Source: Candidatus Latescibacterota bacterium (GTDB taxonomy: Bacteria; Latescibacterota; UBA2968; UBA8231). Taken from it: 64,000 nucleotides of DNA. This document shows positions 10,365 through 20,754 of the stretch, in pieces. The notes below the pieces were generated by a model, which worked only from the letters and a program-made list of their open reading frames with translations, was not told the DNA's origin and searched no databases. Position 1 is the stretch's first letter. Each line of letters starts with the position of its first letter. The stretch covers positions 384,001 to 448,000 of the forward strand of contig OZ220090.1 of assembly GCA_964291625.2 (NCBI GenBank), in the 5' to 3' direction. The position numbers were made by a program, and so were the translations under genes.

Positions 10365-13300
10365 ATGGGGACCCGGCGGCCGCGCCGTCGCCGTCCTGCT
10401 GTGGACCCTGCTGCCCTGGGGGTACGCCGAGGCCCAGTCCCAGGCGACCACCGGCGTGATCCGCGGTCTGGTGCAGGATCAGTTCGGCCGTCCCGTGGCC
10501 GGGGCCGGGATCGCCCTCCGGGAGAGCCGCACCAACTACGAGCGCAGCCTCGCCTCGTCGGACCTGGGGCGGTTCACCGCGGCCCTGCTGCCCCTCGGTT
10601 CCTACGAGGTGACCGTGCGCGCCCCCGGGTGGAGCGAGGTGCGCCGGACCGGGGTGCGGGTGCGCGTGGGGCAGACGGTGGAGCTGACGATCGAGCTCCT
10701 GCCGCAGATGGAGGAGGTCGTCGTCGAGGCCGCGGCGCCGGCGGTGGATGTCACCCGCAGCGGCCCGGCCACCCGCCTTCCGGAGGAGGCCGTGGGGGAG
10801 CTGCCCAACAACGGCCGCAACTTCCTCGACCTGACCTTGCTGACCCCGGGGGCGGCGATCGTCCAGGGCCCCGACGGCGACGAGCTGAGCATCGCCGGCC
10901 AGCGGGGCATCCACAACAACATCTCCGTGGACGGGGCCGACTTCAACAACCCCTTCTTCGGCGAGCAGCGCGGGGGCCAGCGCCCGGCCTTCACCTTCAA
11001 CCTCGACGCCGTCCAGGAGATGGTCGTCGTGCCCCAGGGGGCCAACGCCGAGTTCGGCCGTTCGAGCGGCGGCTTCGTCAACGTCATCACCAAGTCGGGC
11101 GGCAACGACCTGCGCGGCTCCCTGCACCTCTTCGGCAAGAGCTCGGCCCTGTCGGGCAAGGCCCGCCACGACGGCCTGGAGCGGGAGCCGGACTTCCGCC
11201 AGGGTCAGTTCGGCTTCACCCTCGGCGGGCCCCTGAAGAAGGACCGCGCCTTCTACTTCATCGCCTACGACCAGCAGGCCCTGCGCGACACCCGGCAGGC
11301 CGACGCGGAGCGCATCGACGCCCGGCTGCGCGCCTTCATGGACACCGCCTTCGACGGCGCCCTGGCCGGCGACTACGGCCCCATCGCCCGCACCGACGAC
11401 GCCCGGGCCCTGCTCGCCAAGGTCGACTGGCACCTCTCCGACCGCCACTACGCCACCCTCAAGTACAACCACACCCGGTCCGAGCAGGTGAACGGCACCT
11501 TCGACGTCGACTCGTGGGCGCGCAGCGCCAATGCCGTGGAGAGGGACTGGTCCCACGCCTTCAACGGCAGCCTGGTCTCGCTGTTGTCGCCGGCGGCGAC
11601 CAACGAGCTGCGCTTCCAGCTCTCCCGCGAGGACCGCCCGCGGCCCTACCGGGGCCCGGACAACCCCCGCACCGGGAGGCCCTTCCCGGACACAGCCATG
11701 GACTTCGACCACGGCTACCGCTTCGGGATGCCCTACTTCATCCCCGTGGAGTACCACGACACCCGCCTCCAGCTGCTGAACAACGTCTCCCTGGCCCGGG
11801 GCGGCCACCTCTTCAAGGCCGGCGTCGAGTGGAACCGCGTCGAGTCGGCGCAGACCTTCATCGGCTTCGCCAACGGCCGCTACATCTTCAGCTCGGTCGA
11901 GGGCTTCCTGAGCTTCGCCGAGCAGGGCCCCGGGTACGTGGAGTGCTCCGACGGCAGCACGGCTACCGGCGGAGACTGCCCCGAGGGTACCGAGATCACC
12001 GGACCGGTCCTGGTCTACCTGCAGCAGTCCGGCGTCGGCGGCCTGACCGTGGAGCAGGCCGGCACCCAGCAAATCCCGCAGCACGAGCTGGCCCTGTTCT
12101 TGCAGGACAGCTGGAAGGCCACCGACCGGCTCACCGTCGACTACGGCCTGCGCTGGGAGGCCCAGATCCAACCCGACCCGATCACCGATCCGGAGGACGT
12201 GTTCTACGCCGGCTTCATCGGCCGCGAGGTGACCAACGAGACCGGGAGCTACGAGTTCCCGTCCGACGGCCGCATCCCCTCCGACCGGGACATGCTCCAG
12301 CCCCGCCTGGGGGTGGCCTGGGACGTGCAGGGCGACGGCCGCACCCTGGCGCGCGCCAGCGCCGGCCTCTACCACGCCCGTATCCCCGGTCTCAACCTGG
12401 CCAGCTCGCGCTCGACCAACGGCTCCCGCGGACAGTCGATCTTCCGCTCCAGCGCCCTGACGCCGGTCCTGGGGCCGCCGCCGCCCTTCGGCGAGCTGCT
12501 TCCCGCGCCCCCCGGCGAACCGTTTCGCCCGAGCGTTTTCGTCTTCCACCGGGAGTTCGAGAACCCGCGCACCCTCAGCCTCCACGCGGGGCTCGAGCGG
12601 GAGCTGCACGCCTCGGTGGTGGGCTCCGTCGACTACACCCACGCCCGCACCGACGGCCTGACGCGCTTCGTCAACCACAACGACGCCGCCTTCGGCTCTC
12701 CGTGGTCCTCGGGCCTGGGGGCCGACGGCGGCAACGGCCTCGGGGACCTCACCGTGGTGGAGAGCACCGCCCGGTCGCGCTACCACGGCCTCGGCCTGGG
12801 CCTGCGGCGCACGGCGGGGGCGGGGGAGGTTCAGTTGCAGGTCAACTACACCCTGTCGTGGGACAGGTCCGACGACGACAACGAGCGCGACCCCTTCACC
12901 TTCCGCTACGTCGACCCCACGCGGCTGGAGCGCGAGTGGGGGTGGTCCGACCGCGATCAGCGCCACCGCCTCAACGCCTGGGCCCTGGCGCCGCTGCCCG
13001 GCGGACTGTTCCTCAACCAGCGTCTGAGCTGGTACTCGGCGCAGCCCGTCTCCGAGGCCTGCGGCGACGATGACCGCGGCACGGGCCAGCCGGCGGTCAA
13101 CCCCTGGGGCGCCCTCTCCGACCGCATCTGCCCGGACGGCACCATCCTCCGGCGCAACACCCTGCGCAAGGAGCGGGGGTTCTTCTCGTGGGACCTGCGC
13201 CTGACGCGGCCCATCCCGCTCGGGGAGGGCCGGCTGGAGGCGATCGTCGAGGTCTTCAACCTCCTCGACACCGACAACTACCGCGAGCCCTCGAGCGCCG

Positions 13301-13386
13301 GCCTGCTCTTCAACTTCGACGGCACCGTGCAGTCGGGCCTGGGAGACCCCCGCGAGGTGCAGGTCGGCCTGCGCTGCGCCTGGTAG
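10365..13386 (+). CDS. TonB-dependent receptor (Oar-like, carboxypeptidase-regulatory N-domain); start apparently shifted by 1 nt
   Basis: LPNNGRNFLDL, NNISVDGADFNN, AEFGRSSGGFVNVITKSG, final PREVQVGLRCAW. The signal peptide (RAVAVLLWTLLPWGYAEAQ) is in frame upstream of 10456; ATG 10365 joins it if one G of ATGGGG is removed. Confidence 0.85.
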
Positions 13387-13387
13387 C

Positions 13388-14623
13388 GTGGAACGTCTCG
13401 TCAGCCTCTTCGGCCTGCTGGTGATGGTCGCCCTGGCCTTCGCCCTGAGCGCCGACCGCCGCCGCGTCGACCTGCGCCTGGTGGCCGCCGGGGTGGGGCT
13501 GCAGTTCGTCCTCGCCCTGCTGGTCCTGAAGACGGGGCCGGGACAGGCCCTGTTCTCCCACGCCGGCGCCTTCTTCACCGGCCTCCTCGGCTACGTCGAC
13601 CTCGGCTCCCGCTTCGTCTTCGGCGACGCCTTCGAGGACCACTTCTTCGCCTTCAAGGTCCTGCCCACGATCATCTTCTTCTCGGCCCTCATGAGCGTCC
13701 TCTACCACCTCGGCCTGATGCAGCCGGTGGTGGCGGCCCTCGCCTGGGTCATGCGCCGCACCCTGCGGACCTCGGGCGCCGAGAGCCTGGCGGCGGCGGC
13801 CAACATCTTCATCGGCCAGACCGAGGCGCCCCTGGTGGTGCGGCCCTACGTGGCCGCCATGACCCGCTCGGAGCTGATGGCCCTGATGGTGGGCGGCTTC
13901 GCCACCATCGCCGGCGCCGTGCTGGCCGCCTTCGTCGGCCTCGGGATCGACGCCGCCCACCTGCTGGCGGCCTCGGTGATCTCGGCCCCGGCGGCGCTCA
14001 TGGCCGCCAAGGTGATGGAGCCCGAGTCGGAGGTCCCCGCCACCCGGGGGAGGGCGGCGGCGCGGGTGGAGCGCACCGCCGACAACGTCGTGGAGGCGGC
14101 GGCCAACGGCACCCTCGACGGGCTGCGGCTGGCCCTCAACGTGGCGGCCATGCTCATCGCCGCCCTGGGGCTGATCGCCCTCCTCGACGGGGTCCTGGGC
14201 TGGGCCGGCCGGGGCGCGGGCTGGGTCCTCGGCCTGGAGGGGATGGAGTGGTCCCTGTCGGCGGCCCTGGGCTACCTCTTCGCCCCCTTCGCCTGGCTCA
14301 TGGGCATCGAGGCCGCCGACTGCCTGCGCGCCGGCGAGCTGCTGGGCAAGAAGATGGTGGCCAACGAGTTCGTCTCCTACGTACAGTTGAGCCAATGGAT
14401 GCAGCCCGGCTCGGGGGTCGAGCTGAGCCAGCGCTCGGTGGTGATCCTGACCTACGCCCTGTGCGGCTTCGCCAACTTCAGCAGCATCGGCATCCAGATC
14501 GGCGGCATCGGCGGCATCGCCCCCGAACGGCGGTCCGACCTGGCCCGCCTCGGCTTCCGGGCCATGCTCGGCGGCACCCTGGCCTGCTTCATGACCGCCT
14601 GCGTGGCCGGGATCCTGCTGTAG
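13388..14623 (+). CDS. nupC: Concentrative Na+/H+:nucleoside cotransporter (NupC/CNT family)
   Basis: VLPTIIFFSAL, NIFIGQTEAPL, ATIAG, NEFVSY, CGFANFSSIGIQIGG motifs. Confidence 0.92.
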   Translation: MERLVSLFGLLVMVALAFALSADRRRVDLRLVAAGVGLQFVLALLVLKTGPGQALFSHAGAFFTGLLGYVDLGSRFVFGDAFEDHFFAFKVLPTIIFFSALMSVLYHLGLMQPVVAALAWVMRRTLRTSGAESLAAAANIFIGQTEAPLVVRPYVAAMTRSELMALMVGGFATIAGAVLAAFVGLGIDAAHLLAASVISAPAALMAAKVMEPESEVPATRGRAAARVERTADNVVEAAANGTLDGLRLALNVAAMLIAALGLIALLDGVLGWAGRGAGWVLGLEGMEWSLSAALGYLFAPFAWLMGIEAADCLRAGELLGKKMVANEFVSYVQLSQWMQPGSGVELSQRSVVILTYALCGFANFSSIGIQIGGIGGIAPERRSDLARLGFRAMLGGTLACFMTACVAGILL

Positions 14624-14646
14624 ATTCCACTCCCGGAGGAGGAACC

Positions 14647-15330
14647 ATGGTGCCACCACGAGACTCGGCGGCCCGTACCGCGGGGTGGCTGCTGCTGCTC
14701 ACCGCCGCCGCCACCGTCCTGGCGGTCATCGGCCGGGTGGGCGCCACCGAGCTTGTCCCGCTGTACGACTCTCTGACCGCCATCGCCGCCAACCCGGGGC
14801 TCTACGGGTTCGGCGGCGCGGCCCGGCTCGTCTCGGGATGCACCCTCTACGTCGGGGCCTGGTACCTGTTGCGCACCTGGATCATGCGCCGGCGCCTCGG
14901 CTCACGGCCGGTGCCGGTGCTGCTGGCGATCTCCGGAGCGGCCACGGCCATCTCCGGCGCCTGTGCGGTCGCCCTGGCGGCCACCGCGCCCCAGCTCTAC
15001 TTCGTGGGCGAGTTCGAATACGTGCCTCCGCCCACGGTCGTGCTGCTGCACGCCACCTGGATCACCGGCAAGGCCGGGTTCAGCCTGGCCGGTCTGGCCC
15101 TGATCGCGGCGGCCCACCGCCAGTGGCGCGCCGGGGGCTTCCTGCAACCGATCGCCCCGGTCTCGGCGGCGATCGGCGCCGGCATGCAGCTCATCTGGTT
15201 CGGGGCCGCGGTGGCGGCCCACTACATCACGGGACCCGCCTTCGTGGTGTGGCTGACGGGCATCGGCATCCTGCTGGTGACCGGCCGCGTGGAACAGCGC
15301 TTCGCCGCCCTGGCGGAGGAGGGATCGTAG
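14647..15330 (+). CDS. Hypothetical multi-pass membrane protein
   Basis: RBS GGAGGAGG before ATG 14647; about six hydrophobic helices; tightly packed between neighbours. Confidence 0.7.
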   Translation: MVPPRDSAARTAGWLLLLTAAATVLAVIGRVGATELVPLYDSLTAIAANPGLYGFGGAARLVSGCTLYVGAWYLLRTWIMRRRLGSRPVPVLLAISGAATAISGACAVALAATAPQLYFVGEFEYVPPPTVVLLHATWITGKAGFSLAGLALIAAAHRQWRAGGFLQPIAPVSAAIGAGMQLIWFGAAVAAHYITGPAFVVWLTGIGILLVTGRVEQRFAALAEEGS

Positions 15331-15331
15331 C

Positions 15332-16633
15332 ATGGAGACCCCGATGAACACGGATCGCCGCACCTTTCTGGGCCATCTCCTCGCCGCTGGCTGGGGGCTG
15401 GGCAGCGCCTCGCTCCTGCGCGCCCAGGACCTGGTGCCGCCCTCGGGCGAGGCCCGCAGGAAGATCGCCTTCCTCGGCACGGTGGTGCATACGCACTCGC
15501 ATTCCCAGCACTTCCTCGACCGCATGGCCATGGGGTACGGCTGGGGCGGGCACTGGCAGGAGCCGCGCCTCGAGATCGCCTCGGTCTACCTCGACCAGTT
15601 CCCGGAGAGAGACCTGGGGCGGCAACGTGTCGACAAGTACGGGCTGAGGCTCTATCCCAGCATCGAGGAAGCCCTCACCCTCGGCACCGGCCAGCTCGCC
15701 GTCGACGGGGTGGTCATCATCGCCGAGCACGGGGACTACCCCAGCAACGAGAAGGGTCAGAGACTCTACCCGCGCTACAAGTGGTTCAAGGAGTGCGTGA
15801 AGGTCTTCGAGCAGTCCGGCCGGTCGGTTCCGGTCTTCAACGACAAGCACCTCTCCACCGACTGGGAGGAGTGCGTCGAGATGGTGGAGGACTCCAGGCG
15901 CCTCGATTTCCCGTTCTTCGCCGGCTCCTCCCTTCCGGTCACGCGCCGCATGCCCTGCCTCGACATGCCCCACGGGACCCCTCTCGCCGAGAGCGTCTGC
16001 GTCGCCTACGGCGGCCCCGACAGCTACGACATCCACGCCCTGGAGACGGCCCAGTGCATGTCGGAACGCCGCCAGGGCGGCGAGGTCGGCATCCGGAGCG
16101 TCCTCGCCCTTCGCGATCAGGCGATGTGGGACCACGTCTTCCGCAGCGACCGGGCCGGCACCCGCCGCCTGATCGAATCCGCATTGACCCGCAGCCACAA
16201 CCTCCCAGTGAGCGGCGGCTACTACACCGACCCCATCACCTGCGAGTGGGCCCGCGACAACTTCGCCCGGGCCACCGGCTACTTCATCGAGCACCGCGAC
16301 GGGTTCCGCACCTCCATGTTCCTGGTCGGCATCCAGGACTTCAACTACGCCGGGCTTCGCGCCGATACAGGTGAGATCATCTCGACCCAGATGTATCTTC
16401 CCATGCCGACCCACGGCTCCACCACCGCCGACTTCTTCAACCCCCTCGTGCGGCACATCGAGGAGACCGTCCTCACCGGCCAGGTCCCGTACCCCGCCGA
16501 ACGCACCCTCCTCACCTCCGGCATGGTCATCGCCGGAGTGGAGAGTCTGCACCGGGGCGGCGTGCCGGTCGACACGCCGGAGATGGCGGTGCGCTACACG
16601 GTGGGGCCGGAATCGACCTACTGGCGGGGGTGA
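15332..16633 (+). CDS. Tat-signal hypothetical protein, Gfo/Idh/MocA-like oxidoreductase fold
   Basis: DRRTFLG twin-arginine motif; VDGVVIIAEHGDYP, VFNDKHLS, AGSSLP, YDIHALE. Confidence 0.7.
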   Translation: METPMNTDRRTFLGHLLAAGWGLGSASLLRAQDLVPPSGEARRKIAFLGTVVHTHSHSQHFLDRMAMGYGWGGHWQEPRLEIASVYLDQFPERDLGRQRVDKYGLRLYPSIEEALTLGTGQLAVDGVVIIAEHGDYPSNEKGQRLYPRYKWFKECVKVFEQSGRSVPVFNDKHLSTDWEECVEMVEDSRRLDFPFFAGSSLPVTRRMPCLDMPHGTPLAESVCVAYGGPDSYDIHALETAQCMSERRQGGEVGIRSVLALRDQAMWDHVFRSDRAGTRRLIESALTRSHNLPVSGGYYTDPITCEWARDNFARATGYFIEHRDGFRTSMFLVGIQDFNYAGLRADTGEIISTQMYLPMPTHGSTTADFFNPLVRHIEETVLTGQVPYPAERTLLTSGMVIAGVESLHRGGVPVDTPEMAVRYTVGPESTYWRG

Positions 16634-16641
16634 GGGGATCT

Positions 16642-16716
16642 GTGAGCAACGGCGACCTCAACTGGATCGCGAACTACATCTGGGGCATCGCCGACGACGT
16701 CCTGCGCGACCTCTAA
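16642..16716 (+). pseudogene. hsdM: N-terminal 24 codons of Type I R-M methyltransferase, cut by IS
   Basis: GTG...: MSNGDLNWIANYIWGIADDVLRDL*; the gene continues as YVRGKYRDVILPMTVLRR right after the IS at 18014. Confidence 0.9.
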
Positions 16717-18013
16717 GGAACTGTCCAGAAATAAGTGCTGTTCTTTTTGGTGGCAGGGTGTTACCTTTGATGCGTGGACACGGAGAGCACTCTGCGGGCG
16801 AAATACAAAGCCCTGGCGCCGGTGTTGAACGAGCGCACGGGACGGTTGTGGGCCGCGTCGGAGGCGCAAGCCCTGGGGCATGGCGGCATTGCCGTGGTGG
16901 CTCGGGCCACGGGCCTGTCGCGGACCCGGATCGCTCGCGGCCTGCAGGAACTGCAGTCGGACGCCCCGTTGGATCCCGGCCGGGTGCGTCGGCCGGGCGG
17001 CGGTCGCAAGCGACGCGTCGACACCGACGTGACGCTGTTGTCGGACCTCAACGCCCTGGTCGAACCGGTCACCGCCGGGGCGCCGGACGACAGCCCCTTG
17101 CGATGGACGTCGAAGAGCACCCGCAAGTTGGCGGCCGAGTTGCAGGCCCTGGGCCATTCGGTGAGTCCTGGCCTCGTCAGCGGACTGTTGCGCGAGCTTG
17201 GCTACACGCTGCAGGCCAATCGCAAGACGAGAGAAGGCACCCAACACCCGGATCGGGACGCCCAGTTTCACTATCTCAACGACCAGGTCCAAAGGGCCCA
17301 GGCTCAAGGCCAGCCGGTCATTTCGGTGGACACCAAGAAGAAGGAGCTGATCGGCGACTTCAAGAACGGGGGCCGGGCCTGGCGTCCGAAGGGCGAGCCG
17401 GAGCGCGTGAAGGTGCACGATTTCGTCATCCCCGCCCAGGGCAAGGCGATTCCCTACGGGGTCTACGACCTGAACCGCAACGAAGGCTGGGTCAGCGTCG
17501 GGGTCGACCACGACACGGCCGGTTTCGCGGTGAACGCCATCCGCAGCTGGTGGAAACGCATGGGGCGTCCGGCCTACCCGGCGGCCTCGCACCTGTGGAT
17601 CACGGCCGATGCGGGGGGCAGCAACGGCCCGAGACTGCGGCTGTGGAAATGGGAATTGCAGCGCTTCGCCGATCGCACGGGCCTGACGATCACCGTCTGT
17701 CACTATCCTCCGGGCACGAGCAAGTGGAACCGCATCGAGCATCGCCTGTTCTCCTATATCGCCAAGAACTGGCGAGGCCAGCCGTTGGTCAGTCTGGCCA
17801 CGGTGGTCAACCTGATCGGCCGGACGACCACGAAGAAAGGGCTTCGGGTACGCGCGGAGATCGACAAGCGATCGTATCCCAAAGCGGTGGTCGTCAAGGA
17901 CGAGCAAATGGAGCGCATCGATCTCTCGCCCCATGAGTTTCACGGGGACTGGAACTACACGATCCGGCCCACAGCGGCCAGCCGAAGTGAATCATCTGTT
18001 TCGTGACAAAGCC
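16716..18013 (+). mobile_element. ISAzo13-family insertion sequence (~1.3 kb) inserted in hsdM
   Basis: Imperfect terminal IRs (AGGAACTGTCCAGAAATAAGTG vs reverse complement AGGCTTTGTCACGAAACAGATG); short TA/CTA target duplication; removal restores GAC CTC TAC GTG CGC. Confidence 0.88.
16774..18006 (+). CDS. ISAzo13-family DDE transposase
   Basis: ISVDTKKKELIGDF, PYGVYD, ITADAGGSNG, HYPPGTSKWNRIEHRLFS, FHGDWNY; stop codon lies in the right IR. Confidence 0.93.
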   Translation: MDTESTLRAKYKALAPVLNERTGRLWAASEAQALGHGGIAVVARATGLSRTRIARGLQELQSDAPLDPGRVRRPGGGRKRRVDTDVTLLSDLNALVEPVTAGAPDDSPLRWTSKSTRKLAAELQALGHSVSPGLVSGLLRELGYTLQANRKTREGTQHPDRDAQFHYLNDQVQRAQAQGQPVISVDTKKKELIGDFKNGGRAWRPKGEPERVKVHDFVIPAQGKAIPYGVYDLNRNEGWVSVGVDHDTAGFAVNAIRSWWKRMGRPAYPAASHLWITADAGGSNGPRLRLWKWELQRFADRTGLTITVCHYPPGTSKWNRIEHRLFSYIAKNWRGQPLVSLATVVNLIGRTTTKKGLRVRAEIDKRSYPKAVVVKDEQMERIDLSPHEFHGDWNYTIRPTAASRSESSVS

Positions 18014-20379
18014 TACGTGCGCGGCAAGTACCGCGACGTGATCCTGCCCATGACCGTGCTGCGCCGGCTGGACGCGGTGCTGGAGGAGAGCAAGCAGGAG
18101 GTCCTGGGGATGAAGGCCACCCTCGACCAGGCCGGCGTCGTCGAGCAGGACGCCACCCTGCGGCAGACCGCCGGGCAGGCCTTCTACAACACCTCGAAGT
18201 TCACCCTGAAGGACCTGAGGGCCCGCGCCAACCGCCAGCAGCTCGAGGCCGACTTCCGGGCCTGGCTCGACGGGTTCTCGCCCAACGTGCAGGACATCCT
18301 CGACAACTTCGAGTTCCGCAACCAGATCCAGCGGCTCTCCCGGGCCGACGCCCTGGGCACGCTGATCGAGAAGCTGACCTCGCCCGACATCAACCTGAGC
18401 CCGGTCCCGGTCCACGGTTCCGACGGCACGGTCCGGCACCCCGGCCTGGACAACCACGGCATGGGCACGATCTTCGAGGAGCTGATCCGGCGCTTCAACG
18501 AGGAGAACAACGAGGAGGCGGGCGAGCACTGGACCCCCCGCGACGCCGTGACCCTGATGGCCAAGCTCGTCTTCCTGCCCGTGGCCGACCGGATCAAGTC
18601 CGGCACCTACCTGATCTACGACGGGGCCTGCGGCACCGGGGGCATGCTGACCGTGGCCGAAGACGTGCTCCAGCAGCTCGCCGCCGACCACGGCCGGCAG
18701 GTCTCCACCCATCTCTATGGCCAGGAGATCAATGCCGAGACCTACGCCATCTGCAAGGCCGACCTGCTGCTGAAGGGGGAAGGGGACGCGGCCGACAACA
18801 TCGTGGGCGGCCCCGAGCACTCGACCCTGGCCAACGACGCCTTCCCGTCCCGCGAGTTCGACTTCATGCTCTCCAATCCGCCCTACGGCAAGAGCTGGAA
18901 GACCGACCTGGAACGCATGGGCGGCAAGCGCGACATGCGCGACCCGCGCTTCGTGATCGAGCACGACGGCGATCCCGAGTACTCCCTGGTCACCCGCTCC
19001 AGCGACGGCCAGATGCTCTTCCTCGCCAACAAGCTCTCCAAGATGAAGCCGGGCGGCAGCCGCATCGCCGAGGTCCACAACGGCAGCTCCCTGTTCACCG
19101 GCGACGCCGGCCAGGGCGAGAGCAACATCCGCCGCTGGATCATCGAGAACGACTGGCTGGAGGCGATCGTCGCCCTGCCCCTCAACATGTTCTACAACAC
19201 CGGCATCGCCACCTACGTCTGGGTCCTCAGCAACCGCAAGCCGGAGCACCGCCGCGGCAAGGTGCAGCTGATCGACGCTACCGGGTGGCACCGGCCCCTG
19301 CGCAAGAACCTGGGCAAGAAGAACTGCGAGCTCGGCGAGGAGGACATCCAGCGTATCTGCGACACCTTTCTCGCCTTCGAGGAGAGCGAGCAGAGCAAGA
19401 TCTTCGACAACGCCGCCTTCGGCTACTGGAAGGTGACGGTCGAGCGGCCGCTGCGCCTCGAAGGAGCCGACCCCGACCGCGCCTGCAAGGCCGCCGAGAT
19501 CAAGAAGCTGAAGGAGAGCTGCGAGCGCAGCGAGAGTGCTCCGGCTGTCATCAGGAAGATCCACAAGCGAGGCACGGAAGCCGATCCGCTACGCGGCCGG
19601 TTCGAGGCGACGGTGAACGGCCGACACGCCGTGGTGGAGTACGAGCCGGACACCGCCCTGCGCGACACCGAGCAGATCCCGCTGCAGGAGGAGGGCGGCA
19701 TCGAGGCGTTCCTGCGGCGGGAGGTCCTGCCATATGCCCCCGACGCCTGGTACCAGCCGGACAGCGTGAGAATCGGCTACGAGATCAGCTTCACGCGGTA
19801 TTTCTACAAGCCCCAGCCGATGCGCACGCTGGAGGAGATCGGTGCGGACATCCTGGCGTTGGAGAGGGAGACGGAAGGGCTGCTCGACGATCTGCCCCTG
19901 GTGCGCGAACCGGCGACTGAGTACGGCAAGCCGCGCATCTACGTGGATACCTCGGTGATCGGCGGCTGCCATGACGATGAATTCCGCGAGCCATCGATGC
20001 AGTTGTTCGAGATGTTTCGCCAGGGAGAAGCCACGATGCTTCTCTCGGGCATCACTCTGGATGAACTAGCGGATGCTCCGCCCCCATCAGGCAGGCCACC
20101 AGCACCGTTCCCTCGGAACACAAGGAGCTCCTTGCCGTTTCAAGAGAGGCAGAAGAGCTCGCCGATGCCTACATCGCGGCTGGGGCCATGGGTGGGGCCA
20201 ACCTGAACGATGCGCTGCACATCGCTCTCGCGACCCTGGCCAAGGCCGATGTCCTGGTGAGCTGGAACTTCAGGCACATGGTGAACTGGCGGCGCATCAG
20301 GGCCTGCAACGAGGTCAATCGCAAGAATGGATACCATGCCATCGACATTCGCACCCCGGAGGAAACCGTCCATGACTGA
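18014..20379 (+). CDS. hsdM: Type I R-M N6-adenine methyltransferase (main body) fused to C-terminal PIN domain; 1-nt frameshift in C-run at ~20081-20085
   Basis: GEHWTPR, YDGACGTGGML, SNPPY, IGYEISFTRYFY; no stop before KPRIYVDTSVIGGCHDDEF; other frame continues ...DALHIALATLAKADVLVSWNFRHMVN to TGA 20379. Confidence 0.85.
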
Positions 20380-20587
20380 AGACCGTCCCACCAAGAAGAG
20401 ATTCGACTGCGTCAAGTTCATGCGCGAGGCCCGCGCCCGCAGTGCCGCAAAGACAGCCCACATGACGACTGGCGAACGGATTGAGTGGTTCAATACCCGT
20501 CGGTATGACGACCCCGTGCTGGAAGAAATGGCCGCGCGATTGCGCCAATCCATACAGGACAGGGCGACGGATAGCCGCGCAGACTGA
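20372..20587 (+). CDS. Small protein coupled to the PIN domain, putative antitoxin
   Basis: ATG overlaps the PIN stop, GGAGG RBS; MTEDRPTKKRFDCVKFMREARARS...MTTGERIEWF resembles the small partners found after this PIN subfamily. Confidence 0.65.
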   Translation: MTEDRPTKKRFDCVKFMREARARSAAKTAHMTTGERIEWFNTRRYDDPVLEEMAARLRQSIQDRATDSRAD

Positions 20588-20619
20588 CAGGCCGAGAAGC
20601 GATTCCACCGGAGGGAGCA

Positions 20620-20754
20620 ATGCCTTACGCGGAAGACTGGAACGACCCGAAGGCCATGTTGCGAGACGCCGTGCTCTGCCATTTCGACGACACCACGCCG
20701 CGACCCAGGTTGATTCGCCTTCATTCTGTCCGCGATGAGGTCCACTTGGCATGA
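20620..20754 (+). pseudogene. HicB-like antitoxin C-terminal fragment (family often mis-annotated '2-oxoisovalerate dehydrogenase')
   Basis: Manual translation MPYAEDWNDPKAMLRDAVLCHFDDTTPRPRLIRLHSVRDEVHLA*; RDAVxCHF...IRLHxVxDEV motif; TGA overlaps hsdS ATG. Confidence 0.55.

Noticed and set aside
4314-13578. Very long antisense and alternate-frame ORFs (e.g. 4314-8168 -, 10270-13578 -, 10365-13073 +; likewise 26599-28965, 51853-54504, 52215-54812)
   Set aside because: Shadow ORFs of high-GC coding sequence: low-complexity R/G/P/A composition, no motifs, overlapping well-supported genes.
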